DNA of 64,000 nucleotides, taken from assembly GCA_043732705.1 (NCBI GenBank), contig JAYTHE010000025.1, positions 315 through 64,314 on the forward strand. The letters are read 5' to 3'. The translations under genes and the position numbers were made by a program. The stretch is from Candidatus Omnitrophota bacterium (GTDB taxonomy: Bacteria; Omnitrophota; Omnitrophia; Omnitrophales; Aquincolibacteriaceae). A model generated the notes under the pieces. It had not been told where the DNA came from. It did not search any database and saw only the letters and a program-made list of their open reading frames with translations. Shown here piece after piece: positions 8,327 through 18,302 of the stretch (position 1 is the stretch's first letter; each line of letters opens with the position of its first letter).

Positions 8327-9583
8327 ATGCAAAACTCAGGCCGGCGCCATTTCTTGGATGCCTTAAAACTAGTCAATGTCAGGCTTTATATCGGAGCTGT
8401 TGGCTTTTTTACGCTAGCCAGCCGCGCGCTGGCGGTGGTCATTGGCTTTCAAATTTACCAACTGACACACAGCACCCTTGCTATCGGACTTTTAGGGCTT
8501 GTTGAGGCTTTCCCGGTCATTGGATTGGTTCTTTTTGGAGGCTATGCTGCGGACCATTTTGACCGCAAAAAAATACTGCTGCTTACCGGCGCAGTTTCCT
8601 GCGTTTGCGGCCTGGCTTTAGCATTTTTATCTTGGGAAAATCATCACTCTGTTCCCGTTTTTGGTTTATATATTGTTATTTTTTTAGCAGGCATTGCTCG
8701 GGGTTTTGCGGACCCCGCTAGCACAGCTTTTGAAACACAAGTGATTCCCAAGCATTTGACCGTAAGCGGCGGTTCATGGATCGGAAGCACTTGGATTGGC
8801 TGTTCGATTTTAGGTCCGGCGGCAATCGGCTTTATTTTCGCAGCCGGGGGTGCCGTAGCGTCTTACCTTGTGATCGCATGCTGTTTTATCATTTCATGGT
8901 TTTGTACGCTCGCGATCCAACCAATGCCGCAAGCGGTTCAAGAACAAACCGAATCTGTTTTTAAGAGTATCGGAACAGGTTGGAAATTTGTTTTTGGAAA
9001 TCAACCTTTGCTCGGCGCGCTGGCGCTTGATTTATTCGCGGTTCTTTTTGGTGGAGCAATGGCGCTTTTACCCGTATACGCTAATGACATTTTGCATGTC
9101 GGAGTCAAAGGTTTGGGATTATTAAATGCTGCGCCTTCGCTTGGCGCGATTTTAATCACGCTTTTAGCCACTCACAAACCGCCGATTGAAAAAGCCGGCC
9201 GAAATCTACTTCTCACGGTCGCGGGATTCGGCGCGAGTATCCTTGTTTTCGCGTTTTCAAAAAATTTTTGGCTATCCATGGCGGCATTATTTTTTAGCGG
9301 AATTTTTGACGGCATCAGTGTCGTGATCCGGCGCGCCATGATTCGCCTCTTGTCTCCCGAACATCTCCGCGGCCGTGTTGCGGCGGCAAGCTGGATTTTT
9401 ATCTGCTCATCCAATGAATTGGGTGCTTTTGAAAGCGGTATGCTAGCAAGCTTAATTGGAACCATTCCCTGTGTCGCGGTCGGAGGAGCGCTGACCTTTG
9501 TCGTGGTAGGATTGATCGCTGTTTCGATGCCAAAATTAAGGCAGCTTCGATTTAACCTTCAAACTTTTGAGCAAGAGACGTAG
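8327..9583 (+). CDS. MFS transporter.
   Basis: 418 aa with about 12 predicted TM helices and MFS-like motifs (GxxADHFDRKK). Confidence 0.7.
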   Translation: MQNSGRRHFLDALKLVNVRLYIGAVGFFTLASRALAVVIGFQIYQLTHSTLAIGLLGLVEAFPVIGLVLFGGYAADHFDRKKILLLTGAVSCVCGLALAFLSWENHHSVPVFGLYIVIFLAGIARGFADPASTAFETQVIPKHLTVSGGSWIGSTWIGCSILGPAAIGFIFAAGGAVASYLVIACCFIISWFCTLAIQPMPQAVQEQTESVFKSIGTGWKFVFGNQPLLGALALDLFAVLFGGAMALLPVYANDILHVGVKGLGLLNAAPSLGAILITLLATHKPPIEKAGRNLLLTVAGFGASILVFAFSKNFWLSMAALFFSGIFDGISVVIRRAMIRLLSPEHLRGRVAAASWIFICSSNELGAFESGMLASLIGTIPCVAVGGALTFVVVGLIAVSMPKLRQLRFNLQTFEQET

Positions 9584-9594
9584 ATAGAATCTCA

Positions 9595-9861
9595 TCATTC
9601 GTAATGAGTCCAAAGACGAATGACTTTAACCACTTTCTCTTTGGTAAGAACCTGATAAACAATACGGTGCTGAATATTAATTCGGCGAGAGTACGTCCCG
9701 GATAAATCACCCACTAATTTCTCGTAAGGCGGAGGATTCTGGAAAGGGTTTTTCTCAAGAATAGAAAGAAGGTCTTCAGCCTTAGATTTTAAACCAGACT
9801 TGGAAAGTTTCTTAGCGTCTTTCTGTGCCTGATTGGTATAAACAACCGTCCACATTACCAA
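9595..9861 (-). CDS. yoeB: YoeB/Txe-family type II toxin.
   Basis: WTVVYTNQAQKDAKKL...GDLSGTYSRRINIQHRIVYQVLTKEKVVKVIRLWTHYE is the YoeB signature. Confidence 0.85.
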   Translation of the reverse strand: MVMWTVVYTNQAQKDAKKLSKSGLKSKAEDLLSILEKNPFQNPPPYEKLVGDLSGTYSRRINIQHRIVYQVLTKEKVVKVIRLWTHYE

Positions 9862-10097
9862 TTAAGCTTTTTGTCGCACTTCTTGATAGGAGTCTTGAGA
9901 CCTTCGCGAATCGATTCCCGCATTCCGGGAATGGACAAAAGGTGAAGCGTTTCTTGAATAGCACTCCAATCCTCTTGCGAAACAAGAACAGCGTCTGCGT
10001 CTTTACCAGTAATTTGTACCGGCGTATGGTTTTTAGCCACACTGCGCAATAAACCATACAAACTTGCCCGAGCTTTACTCACTGTCATTGTTGTCAT
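9855..10097 (-). CDS. yefM: YefM/Phd-family antitoxin.
   Basis: MTTMTVSKARASLYGLL...QITGKDADAVLVSQEDWSAIQETLHLL. Overlaps yoeB by 7 nt. AGAGGTG RBS upstream of the ATG at 10097. Confidence 0.8.
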   Translation of the reverse strand: MTTMTVSKARASLYGLLRSVAKNHTPVQITGKDADAVLVSQEDWSAIQETLHLLSIPGMRESIREGLKTPIKKCDKKLNW

Positions 10098-10102
10098 ATT
10101 GC

Positions 10103-10140
10103 ACCTCTGGCTAAAGCGTACCATTTTACGTACGATCTGT
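10103..10140 (-). promoter_or_regulatory. Candidate yefM-yoeB operator/promoter with a GTAC-N8-GTAC repeat.
   Basis: gcGTACcattttacGTACgatc lies immediately upstream of yefM, resembling YefM operator half-sites. Confidence 0.3.
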
Positions 10141-10458
10141 CAAACTCTCGCTTCTCTCCTAAAACTAGAGATAAGTTCGTTATAAGAATTTTAGATATTT
10201 ACTCTTATTGCAGTTTCAGCAAATTACAACTTGCTGACAAGTCGATTCTCTTGAAGAAATTCTTCGAAACTAAGCGACAGGCAAAATCAGCCCATTCAGA
10301 GATAAATCGAGATATCTGCCTTAAAATCTCCTGACTTATTCATCCCAGTTTCAAACTAAAAATTATTTAAAAAAATTGGAATTTCACGCGATCGCGTAAG
10401 TGTTTGAAACGTGCGGACATGTGCGAGGCAAAAAATTATTTTTGGAATTATTGAAAGG

Positions 10459-10489
10459 ATTTCTATCTCTGACGCGCAGAGATAGAAAT
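10459..10489 (-). terminator. Hairpin terminator candidate downstream of tRNA-Glu.
   Basis: atttctatctctg-acgcg-cagagatagaaat is a perfect 13-bp stem, followed on the minus strand by an A/T-rich tract. Confidence 0.5.
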
Positions 10490-10492
10490 GAA

Positions 10493-10570
10493 TGGCGTCC
10501 CCAAGCGGATTTGAACCGCTGTTACCGAGATGAAAACCCGGTGTCCTAGACCGACCTAGACGATGGGGAC
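10493..10570 (-). tRNA. tRNA-Glu, anticodon TTC.
   Basis: GTCCCCATCGTCTAGGTCGGTCTAGGACACCGGGTTTTCATCTCGGTAACAGCGGTTCAAATCCGCTTGGGGACGCCA. Close to E. coli tRNA-Glu. CCA encoded. Confidence 0.9.
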
Positions 10571-10615
10571 GCGAAAAACCTAATTGTAAATCTCTTACTT
10601 CACTCGGACAACTAT

Positions 10616-10674
10616 GGTGTCCTAGACCGCCGTCACATTGATAACAGCCTGATGGCTGTGGACGATGGCGACGC
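10616..10674 (-). pseudogene. Truncated or rearranged tRNA-Glu 5' fragment (pseudo-tRNA).
   Basis: GCGTCGCCATCGTC...GGTCTAGGACACC matches the tRNA-Glu 5' acceptor and D-arm but carries a 32-nt palindromic insert (ACAGCC-ATCA-GGCTGT) and has no T-arm. Confidence 0.45.
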
Positions 10675-10760
10675 AAAAGAGACCAAATTATACTGAATTT
10701 TTATTGCGCGTCGAGCAAACTTTGTTTGCTGCGCGTAAAAAGAATCGCGAACTCTCTTGG

Positions 10761-10790
10761 CGGTTGCGCTTTGCGCAGAGCCAAAATAAA
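10761..10790. repeat. Direct repeat flanking tRNA-Lys, copy 1.
   Basis: cggttgcgctttgcgcagagccaaaataaa versus cagttgcgctttgcgcagagctaaaataaa at 10914-10944. Confidence 0.7.
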
Positions 10791-10794
10791 ACCG

Positions 10795-10866
10795 TGAGGC
10801 CGGATGGGATCGAACCATCGACACCATCCTTAAAAGGGATGTGCTCTACCAACTGAGCTACGGCCT
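10795..10866 (-). tRNA. tRNA-Lys, anticodon TTT.
   Basis: GAGGCCGTAGCTCAGTTGGTAGAGCACATCCCTTTTAAGGATGGTGTCGATGGTTCGATCCCATCCGGCCTCA. No CCA encoded. Confidence 0.9.
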
Positions 10867-10913
10867 CGAAAAAACTACCGCTAAACAAACCAAAGAAACT
10901 TTAAAAACTTTTC

Positions 10914-10944
10914 CGCAGTTGCGCTTTGCGCAGAGCTAAAATAA
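10914..10944. repeat. Direct repeat flanking tRNA-Lys, copy 2, between frr and tRNA-Lys.
   Basis: See copy 1. Contains a short GCGC-TTT-GCGC hairpin. Confidence 0.7.
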
Positions 10945-10951
10945 ATCAGAA

Positions 10952-11518
10952 CTAGATTTCGTGAAGCTCGACTTCTTTTTGTTTCGATGCTTCATCAATC
11001 TTTGCAGTAAATTCGTCAGTCACTTTTTGAATTTCTTTTTGTACGGTACGAGATTCGTCTTCTGAAATTTCTTTGGATTTTTCACCTTTTTTAATCACTT
11101 CAATCGACTCATGACGCGAAGCGCGGATCGCAACCCGGCCTTCTTCGGCGCCTTTTTTAACCATTTTTGTCAATTCATTGCGGCGTTCATCCGTTAACTG
11201 TGGAACCGTAATGCGGATAATTTTTCCGTCATTCATTGGTGTTAATCCCACTTCGGATTTCAAAATCGCTTTTTCAATTTCAGCCAAGCCGGTCGCGTCC
11301 CACGGTGTAATCGTTAAAGTCTTCGCATCGGCGGTTGAAATCGCAGCCATCTGTTTCATCGGTGTCATCGTCCCGTAATAATCCACCATAATATTATCCA
11401 CAAGCGAAACCGCCGCGCGGCCTGTACGCAAACTTTGAAATTCTTTTTTCGTAGAATCAAAAGTCTTTTCCATTTTTGCGCGCATTTGCTTGACTAAATC
11501 TTTTGAATTGATCGGCAT
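10952..11518 (-). CDS. frr: Ribosome recycling factor.
   Basis: MPINSKDLVKQMRAKMEKTFDSTKKEFQSLRTGRA...RNELTKMVKK is canonical Frr. Confidence 0.9.
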   Translation of the reverse strand: MPINSKDLVKQMRAKMEKTFDSTKKEFQSLRTGRAAVSLVDNIMVDYYGTMTPMKQMAAISTADAKTLTITPWDATGLAEIEKAILKSEVGLTPMNDGKIIRITVPQLTDERRNELTKMVKKGAEEGRVAIRASRHESIEVIKKGEKSKEISEDESRTVQKEIQKVTDEFTAKIDEASKQKEVELHEI

Positions 11519-11527
11519 AAATTTTCC

Positions 11528-12247
<720 letters not shown>

Positions 12248-12307
12248 CTATTGTCTTTGAAACAGATGTCGAGCTGAGGAGCTTAGCTCCTCCGCTGCAT
12301 CAAAATG

Positions 12308-12967
12308 TTAGACCCCGCCGACTTCGAAACGGACAAAACGGCGAATCACGATGTTTTCACCGATGACCGCAATCGTTTCGGAAACATAATCCTGAATCGT
12401 TTGCGAATCATTCTTAATGAACTTCTGGTTCAAAAGGCAAATATCTTCGTACCGCTTCGCAAGCTTGCCTTCCAAAATCTTTTCGCGTACAGGCTCAGGT
12501 TTGTCTTTTACAGAATCAAGAAAAACCGCTTTTTCACGTTCAATCACATCAGCCGGAATTTGATCCGCGCTAACATAAAGCGGGAAAGCGGCAGCGATAT
12601 GCATTGCGATGTTGCGCGCAAACTCTTGGAATCTGTCATTCTTAGCCACGAAATCGGTTTCGCAATTAATTTCAAGCAATACACCCAATTTCCCGCCGGC
12701 GTGAATATAAGAAATAATTTGCCCTTCACGAACTTCGCGTGAAGATTTTTTCTTCGCGGAGTCGAGCCCCTTTTTACGGATAACATCTTTAGCAGCTTCA
12801 AAGTTGCCGTTCGCTTCAACAAGCGCCTTCTTAACGTCCATCATTCCCGCGCCGGTCAATTCACGGAGTTTAACGATATCTTCTTTTGTAAAATTTTCTG
12901 TGTTCACGGTCATAAACCCTCTATCGTTTTCATCGGCGTCGAGCAGAGCCAAGCTCTGCTGCGCCAA
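12308..12967 (-). CDS. tsf: Elongation factor Ts.
   Basis: EDIVKLRELTGAGMMDVKKALVEANGNFEAAKDVIRKKGL. Confidence 0.9.
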   Translation of the reverse strand: MAQQSLALLDADENDRGFMTVNTENFTKEDIVKLRELTGAGMMDVKKALVEANGNFEAAKDVIRKKGLDSAKKKSSREVREGQIISYIHAGGKLGVLLEINCETDFVAKNDRFQEFARNIAMHIAAAFPLYVSADQIPADVIEREKAVFLDSVKDKPEPVREKILEGKLAKRYEDICLLNQKFIKNDSQTIQDYVSETIAVIGENIVIRRFVRFEVGGV

Positions 12968-12977
12968 AAATATTTCG

Positions 12978-13760
12978 TTACTGTTTTGCGGCGGATGAGT
13001 TCAGCGCTTCTTCGGCTGCGGCGTCAATTCCTGCGTCAGCCTCAGGCTTTGCTTCAGCGTTCTGATGCATCCGAAATTCATTGTTACCTTCCAAGGCCAC
13101 GCCCGCGATCGCATCACAAAAAAGCGTAATCGCTTTGATCGCGTCGTCATTGCCTGGAATCGCGATATTCACAAGCTCAGGATCCGCGTTTGTATCCGCG
13201 ATTGCAACGATGGGGATCCCCAATTTTCTTGCTTCCAATACGGCGATCTTTTCTTTTTCAAGATCGATGATAAATAGCGCTCCGGGAAGTTTTTTCATTT
13301 CGCGGATACCGGAAAGATTTTTTACAAGCTTTTCACGTTCTTTGCAAAGCGAAGAAGCTTCTTTCTTGGTGACGTACGCGAATTCGCCATTCTTTTCCAT
13401 CGTATCGATATCTTCAATTTTTTTGATGGATTTACGGACAGTTTCAAAATTGGTCAACATACCACCAAGCCAACGTTCATTTACGAAAGGCATATTGCTG
13501 CCCTGTGCTGCTTTCATCAAAGGGTCTTGCGCTTGTTTTTTTGTTCCGACAAACAAGATCGTCTCGCCCTTCTTCGTGATTTCACGGACAAACTTCAAAG
13601 CTTTGTCGAGAATCTTGGCGGTGATTTCAAGATTAATAATATGAATTCCGTTACGGTCGCCAAAAATGAACGGTTTCATTTTCGGATTCCAACGCTGCGT
13701 TTGATGCCCAAAATGTGCACCGGAATCTAAAAGCTGTTTAATGGTAACTTTCTCTGACAC
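12978..13760 (-). CDS. rpsB: 30S ribosomal protein S2.
   Basis: VTIKQLLDSGAHFGHQTQRWNPKMKPFIFGDRNGIHIINLE. Confidence 0.9.
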   Translation of the reverse strand: MSEKVTIKQLLDSGAHFGHQTQRWNPKMKPFIFGDRNGIHIINLEITAKILDKALKFVREITKKGETILFVGTKKQAQDPLMKAAQGSNMPFVNERWLGGMLTNFETVRKSIKKIEDIDTMEKNGEFAYVTKKEASSLCKEREKLVKNLSGIREMKKLPGALFIIDLEKEKIAVLEARKLGIPIVAIADTNADPELVNIAIPGNDDAIKAITLFCDAIAGVALEGNNEFRMHQNAEAKPEADAGIDAAAEEALNSSAAKQ

Positions 13761-14173
13761 TGGATTTCCCCTTTTTTCTTTTTTATTTTGCCTCTGAGCT
13801 TTTGCTCAACCGGCAGTTACAAATATGCTCGTATGCGTTTTCTCGCCGGTTGCGCCATGGGCGCAGAGGCTATAAAAAAAGAAAACCTCCGTCGCATTGA
13901 GAGCTTGCTCTAAGATTTTTCGCCCTCGCGAAAAATTAAAACAACTCCGGCTTCGGAGGATCCGCCTAACACCAAACTCGGAAACCCTTGCATCAAGAGC
14001 GCAATATGCATGTTCAGTTAAAGCACCGAACTCTCTTTTTACATGGATGACGGTAAGCCTATTGCTTACCGCAATGGTTGCGAATACACAAACTTGCGAA
14101 CAGGTGGAGCATTATAGCTAAAACTCTCCCTAGGGCAAGTGAAAACTGGGGGTATTTTCTCTCTACAAACAGG

Positions 14174-15061
14174 CTAAGAAACCCGAAAAAGGCCCAAATT
14201 CTGATAGATTTCAGCGGTGGCGCGCGATTTATTAAGCGTATAGAAGTGAATACCGGCAATACCATGCTTAATGAGCTCTTCGCATTGCCGGGAAGCATAG
14301 TCCACCCCAAACTTGGTAATGGATTCATTATCATCGCCATACTTTTCAATAGCAGAAAGCATCGCTTGCGGAATAGCCGCTCCGCACATCTGGGAAAAAC
14401 GCGCGATTTGTTTGCCGTTGGTGACGGGCATAATTCCCGCAACGATCGGCACGCGAATTCCCCGCTTACGGCATGCTTCTTCAAACCGGAAAAAATCCCC
14501 ATTATTAAAAAAAAGCTGCGTAATCACGGAGTCCGCGCCTTCTTTAACTTTGGAAAAAAGATGATCCCAATCAGACTCCAGCGTTTTGGATTCCGGATGT
14601 CCTTCGGGGTAGCCCGCAACAGCGATGGAAAACCAATCCCTGAAATCGGGATGCGATCGAATATACCCGACAAGTTCCGCCGCATAACGGAAACCTCCCG
14701 CAACGGGCTTAAATTCGGTTTCACCTTTCGGCGGATCGCCGCGTAAAGCCACTAAATTTTGAATCCCTTTGGACTTAAGCTCTCGCAGCACCGCTTCGAT
14801 TTCTACGCGTGTGTTTCCGACACAGGTTAAATGCGACGCGACTTCTAAACCCAATTTCGTTTTGATATGTTCGGCAATTCGAATCGAAGTCGAGCTGGTC
14901 GACCCCATCGCGCCATACGTGACGGAAACAAAAGTCGGTTTCAAGCTTTTCAGCTCAGCAACCGCGGAATAAAGCTGCTCTTCCGCTTCTGGCGTTTTGG
15001 GCGGAAAAAACTCAAACGAGAAGGACTGTTTTTTATTTGAAAATATTTCTGTCAGTTTCAT
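14174..15061 (-). CDS. metF: 5,10-methylenetetrahydrofolate reductase.
   Basis: MKLTEIFSNKKQSFSFEFFPPKT...FVSVTYGAMGST...LRGDPPKG. ATG at 15059-15061. The longer ORF-track start is an upstream extension. Confidence 0.85.
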   Translation of the reverse strand: MKLTEIFSNKKQSFSFEFFPPKTPEAEEQLYSAVAELKSLKPTFVSVTYGAMGSTSSTSIRIAEHIKTKLGLEVASHLTCVGNTRVEIEAVLRELKSKGIQNLVALRGDPPKGETEFKPVAGGFRYAAELVGYIRSHPDFRDWFSIAVAGYPEGHPESKTLESDWDHLFSKVKEGADSVITQLFFNNGDFFRFEEACRKRGIRVPIVAGIMPVTNGKQIARFSQMCGAAIPQAMLSAIEKYGDDNESITKFGVDYASRQCEELIKHGIAGIHFYTLNKSRATAEIYQNLGLFRVS

Positions 15062-15065
15062 ATTT

Positions 15066-15329
15066 TTAATGATGGATAAAAATCCGGGCTCCAAAAAGAA
15101 ACAATACAATCAATAAACCGACCGCGGTTGCCGCGGCCCATAAACGGCTCGGCATCCCCACAGGCTCACCACAATAAGCGCAAAACGAACTTGCCGCAAG
15201 AATTTGCTTTTGACAGCTGCGGCAGCGTATGACCCCTTCGCGCTTTTCTTGTTCTTCCCATTTCTTCGCGAGACTGGCCGGAACTTCTTCTTCCTTCGGC
15301 GGCAAGAATTCATTTTCGTCTTCAAACAT
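15066..15329 (-). CDS. Zinc-ribbon membrane protein, hypothetical.
   Basis: CRSCQKQILAASSFCAYCGEPV followed by a TM segment AAATAVGLLIVLFLFGA. Confidence 0.45.
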   Translation of the reverse strand: MFEDENEFLPPKEEEVPASLAKKWEEQEKREGVIRCRSCQKQILAASSFCAYCGEPVGMPSRLWAAATAVGLLIVLFLFGARIFIHH

Positions 15330-15339
15330 TCTTTATCTC

Positions 15340-16095
15340 CTAACCAACGATCCTCGCAACCTTAAGAAAGTTCAGCAGCACTTTGCGGCAATAATAATGC
15401 AGTTCCTTTTCAGCACGAAACCAATCTTTAAGCAATTTGTCCGCGTCCTCATGCACCAAATCTTCATCGCTGTTCAGCCAATCGGCAAGCAGTCGGGTGG
15501 TCATTTCTAAATGGCCTTGAAAACCATAAGCCTTATGACTTACCTTAACAATTTGGTTATGACACCATTTTCCTTTTGCCATAAGCTTCATGGAATCGGT
15601 CAACTCGACGGTTTCTCCATGAAGCTGAAAAATCGGAAATCTCTTTTGGAAACGCTGAAAAAGCGGGTCATTGCGTCCGTCTTCCGTAAGATCACAAGTA
15701 AAAGGCGCGCGGCCGTTCATCTTCAATCCCACTTCTTTTACGGGGCTTTTAACCACTTTCCCGCCAGCGGCTTTCACCAGAATTTGCAAACCTAAACAGA
15801 TTCCCAGATACGGGACATTCTTTTCAAGCATCACGCGCGACCAACGCACAGTATCAAGCATCGAATCCGTTTGGTCATTTGCGCTCATCGGTCCTCCGAG
15901 CACAATCACTGCATCTTGAAGGCCCACTTCGGGCAGGACATCACCGCGCTGAAGGCTGCAAATTTGATATTTTATTTTCCAATGCTTTAACAATTCCGCC
16001 AAATATCCGGGGCCTTCCGTGGTGGTATTCTTAATAAACCAAATCGTGCTGTCCGGCGAGATAATGGGATTAACTTTTTGAAGTACCACGCTCAA
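15340..16095 (-). CDS. Class I glutamine amidotransferase-like protein.
   Basis: VIVLGGPMSAND...PYLGICLGLQILVKAAGG matches the GATase1 catalytic Cys context. Confidence 0.65.
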   Translation of the reverse strand: MSVVLQKVNPIISPDSTIWFIKNTTTEGPGYLAELLKHWKIKYQICSLQRGDVLPEVGLQDAVIVLGGPMSANDQTDSMLDTVRWSRVMLEKNVPYLGICLGLQILVKAAGGKVVKSPVKEVGLKMNGRAPFTCDLTEDGRNDPLFQRFQKRFPIFQLHGETVELTDSMKLMAKGKWCHNQIVKVSHKAYGFQGHLEMTTRLLADWLNSDEDLVHEDADKLLKDWFRAEKELHYYCRKVLLNFLKVARIVG

Positions 16096-16129
16096 ACCTT
16101 ACGATTGAAATATTTCAAAATGAGGAAGG

Positions 16130-17434
16130 TCATTTCATTTTTGCCGGCTCGGAAGAAACAATCCGGGGCTCGGGAAGCGGCACAATAAATTTCGTTCCCC
16201 GGCTCTCTAGATGGCCGAGTTTACCGATAATTTCTTTGGCAAAATTCCACGCAAAAATCAAAACATAGTCGGCAGGGCTTGCCTCAAGCCGCGTACTTGG
16301 AACAATCGGGATACCGCTGGTTGCGCTATCAGGCGCAGAAGCAAAATAAGTTGGTACAAGACGCCCCTGCTTAAGAGGATTATCGTCCACGATACTTTCG
16401 ATTTCTTTGGCCGTCAATCCGCAAAAATTAATAATGGTTGTCGCTTTGGCGGGCGCGCCATAACCGCAAATCGTTTTACCTTCCGCGCGGATTTTACCGA
16501 TCAATGAATTAAGCGTTTGCTTAAAATCCATCACGCGCGCGGCAAATTTTTCATAAACCGCATTTTCCAAACATCCCTTGCTCTTTTCAAGAGCAAGCAA
16601 TTCTCCTACAACCGGCCGAATCACAAAGGAGCTTTTTTGTTTGGATATAAAAACGCGCAAGGAGCCGCCATGCGAACTGACTTTTTGAATATCAAAGATA
16701 TGCGCCCCATATCTCTGCATTAAAAAACTGAGTGACGTGATTCCGATATAAGAGACATGCTCATGATAAATCATGTCAAAAAGCATTTCATCGAGCATCG
16801 TCACGAGATAAGGAAATTCAATCACAAAAAAACCTTCATCATCGAGCAGATTAAAAACATTTTTGCAGACGGATTGGATGTCATCGATATGCGCGAAAAC
16901 ATTATTAGCGCTGATCGCATGCGCTTTGCCGTACTTTTGAATAATTTCCTTAACGCAAACTTCATCAAAATAACGGTTCAATGTCGGGCGTCCTTCGGCA
17001 TTAGCTTGTTTTGCTAAATTATCCGCCGGGTCAACGCCCACCGCCTTCATACCTTCGTTCATGTAGCAGGCAACTAAAAGGCCGTCGTTACTGCCGATAT
17101 CCACCGCCACGGGATTTTTAACATGCGCCAGCTTGCTTTTGACCGTACGCGCGTACTCCGCGAAATGCTCACGGAAAGTTTTGGTGGTGGAACTGACATA
17201 GAGATAATCTTTAAACATCAAATCGGCCGGAACCGCGTGCGCAAGTTGAACTAAATGGCAATGTTGGCATTTCACGAGTTGAAGCGGACAGGTAAAAAGA
17301 GGTTTATTTAAATCTTCGGGGCGCGGCAGTGAATTCGCAAGCGGATGCTTTTCGCCCAAATCCAAAAATGGTTTCCCGAGCGCAGAATCACAATAGCGGC
17401 ATGTTGTTTTTTTATACTGATCTGTCATTTTCAA
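16130..17434 (-). CDS. Sugar C-methyltransferase (NDP-hexose C-methyltransferase type): Zn-binding N-domain, SAM methyltransferase domain and C-terminal domain.
   Basis: CRYCDSALGKPFLDLGEKHPLANS...LFTCPLQLVKCQHCHLVQL is a Zn-finger N-domain. VDIGSNDGLLVACY is a SAM motif. 434 aa. Confidence 0.7.
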   Translation of the reverse strand: MKMTDQYKKTTCRYCDSALGKPFLDLGEKHPLANSLPRPEDLNKPLFTCPLQLVKCQHCHLVQLAHAVPADLMFKDYLYVSSTTKTFREHFAEYARTVKSKLAHVKNPVAVDIGSNDGLLVACYMNEGMKAVGVDPADNLAKQANAEGRPTLNRYFDEVCVKEIIQKYGKAHAISANNVFAHIDDIQSVCKNVFNLLDDEGFFVIEFPYLVTMLDEMLFDMIYHEHVSYIGITSLSFLMQRYGAHIFDIQKVSSHGGSLRVFISKQKSSFVIRPVVGELLALEKSKGCLENAVYEKFAARVMDFKQTLNSLIGKIRAEGKTICGYGAPAKATTIINFCGLTAKEIESIVDDNPLKQGRLVPTYFASAPDSATSGIPIVPSTRLEASPADYVLIFAWNFAKEIIGKLGHLESRGTKFIVPLPEPRIVSSEPAKMK

Positions 17435-17457
17435 CTTATCTTTATATTTTGTTTAAC

Positions 17458-17570
17458 CGTTCAAAAAGGGTTAGATGCGAGGCGCAAGCAAACGCCCGCG
17501 GAGGCGTAGAAGAACCTACGCCGCACAAGGAAGAGTAGCCTGCAACGAAGCAGATGACCTTTTTCAACGG
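17458..17570. repeat. Family-2 element, copy 3, between the C-methyltransferase and SDR genes.
   Basis: ccgttcaaaaagggttagatgcgaggcgcaagcaaacgcccgcggaggcgtagaagaacctacgccgcacaaggaag...gcagatgacctttttcaacgg. Confidence 0.7.
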
Positions 17571-18302
17571 TTAACTATTTGGTGGAACAATAATTTGGGT
17601 AATTTTTCCGTGCCTAATCACAATATGACTCGCCGTCAAAACCGGAATTTCTTCGTTCAAGATCTGCAGCATTTTACCGGCGACAAAGGCCGCTGTTTGC
17701 TGGCGCGCGGCATCCGCTTTGCCGAATAAATCAGAACGCATTTTGGTATTCATGCCTCCCGGACAAATAGTGACCACTTTGAGCCACTCAAGATTTTCTT
17801 TCGCGAGCGCTTCGGTCATCGCCAAAACTCCGAACTTGCTCGCGGAATAGCCCGCAATGCGCGGTACGGCGCGCACACCAGCCATGGACGAAACATTCAT
17901 CACAAGCGGTTGTTTGCTTTTTTTCAAAAATGGAAATGCCGCGCGGCACATCAAAAACACTGAAAATAAATTCCCGCGTAAATGCGCTTCGAATTCTTCG
18001 GGGGCCGTATCTTCAATCCGCTCCAGTTTACCGCCGTAAGCGGCGCTGTTCACGAGCAAATCAATTTTTGGCGTGCTTTTTTTTATCTCATGAAAGAGGC
18101 CTGCGACGGAATTAACGGAAGAAACATTAGCCTCGATCAACCGGAAATTTTTGGAAGGAATTTTTTTTCTGGCGGCGGACCAATGCTCGCTCGTACGGCT
18201 AACTCCAAAAACCTGCCAGCCGCTTTCAATCAAACGTTTGGAAAGCTCAAGCCCAAGTCCCCGTGAAGCTCCGGTAATCAGCGCAAACTTGCCGCTTGCC
18301 AT
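17571..18302 (-). CDS. SDR-family oxidoreductase.
   Basis: ALITGASRGLGLELSKRL...NSAAYGG...YSASKFGVLAMTEAL matches the TGxxxGxG and YxxxK SDR motifs. Confidence 0.8.
   Translation of the reverse strand: MASGKFALITGASRGLGLELSKRLIESGWQVFGVSRTSEHWSAARKKIPSKNFRLIEANVSSVNSVAGLFHEIKKSTPKIDLLVNSAAYGGKLERIEDTAPEEFEAHLRGNLFSVFLMCRAAFPFLKKSKQPLVMNVSSMAGVRAVPRIAGYSASKFGVLAMTEALAKENLEWLKVVTICPGGMNTKMRSDLFGKADAARQQTAAFVAGKMLQILNEEIPVLTASHIVIRHGKITQIIVPPNS

Noticed and set aside
10356-10888. Several 60-106 aa ORFs over the tRNA-Glu/Lys region.
   Set aside because: They overlap confidently identified tRNA genes and show no coding features.
13065-13730. Plus-strand ORFs (13081..13644 and others) opposite rpsB, and 14078..14746 opposite metF.
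   Set aside because: They are antisense to highly conserved housekeeping genes and have low-complexity translations.
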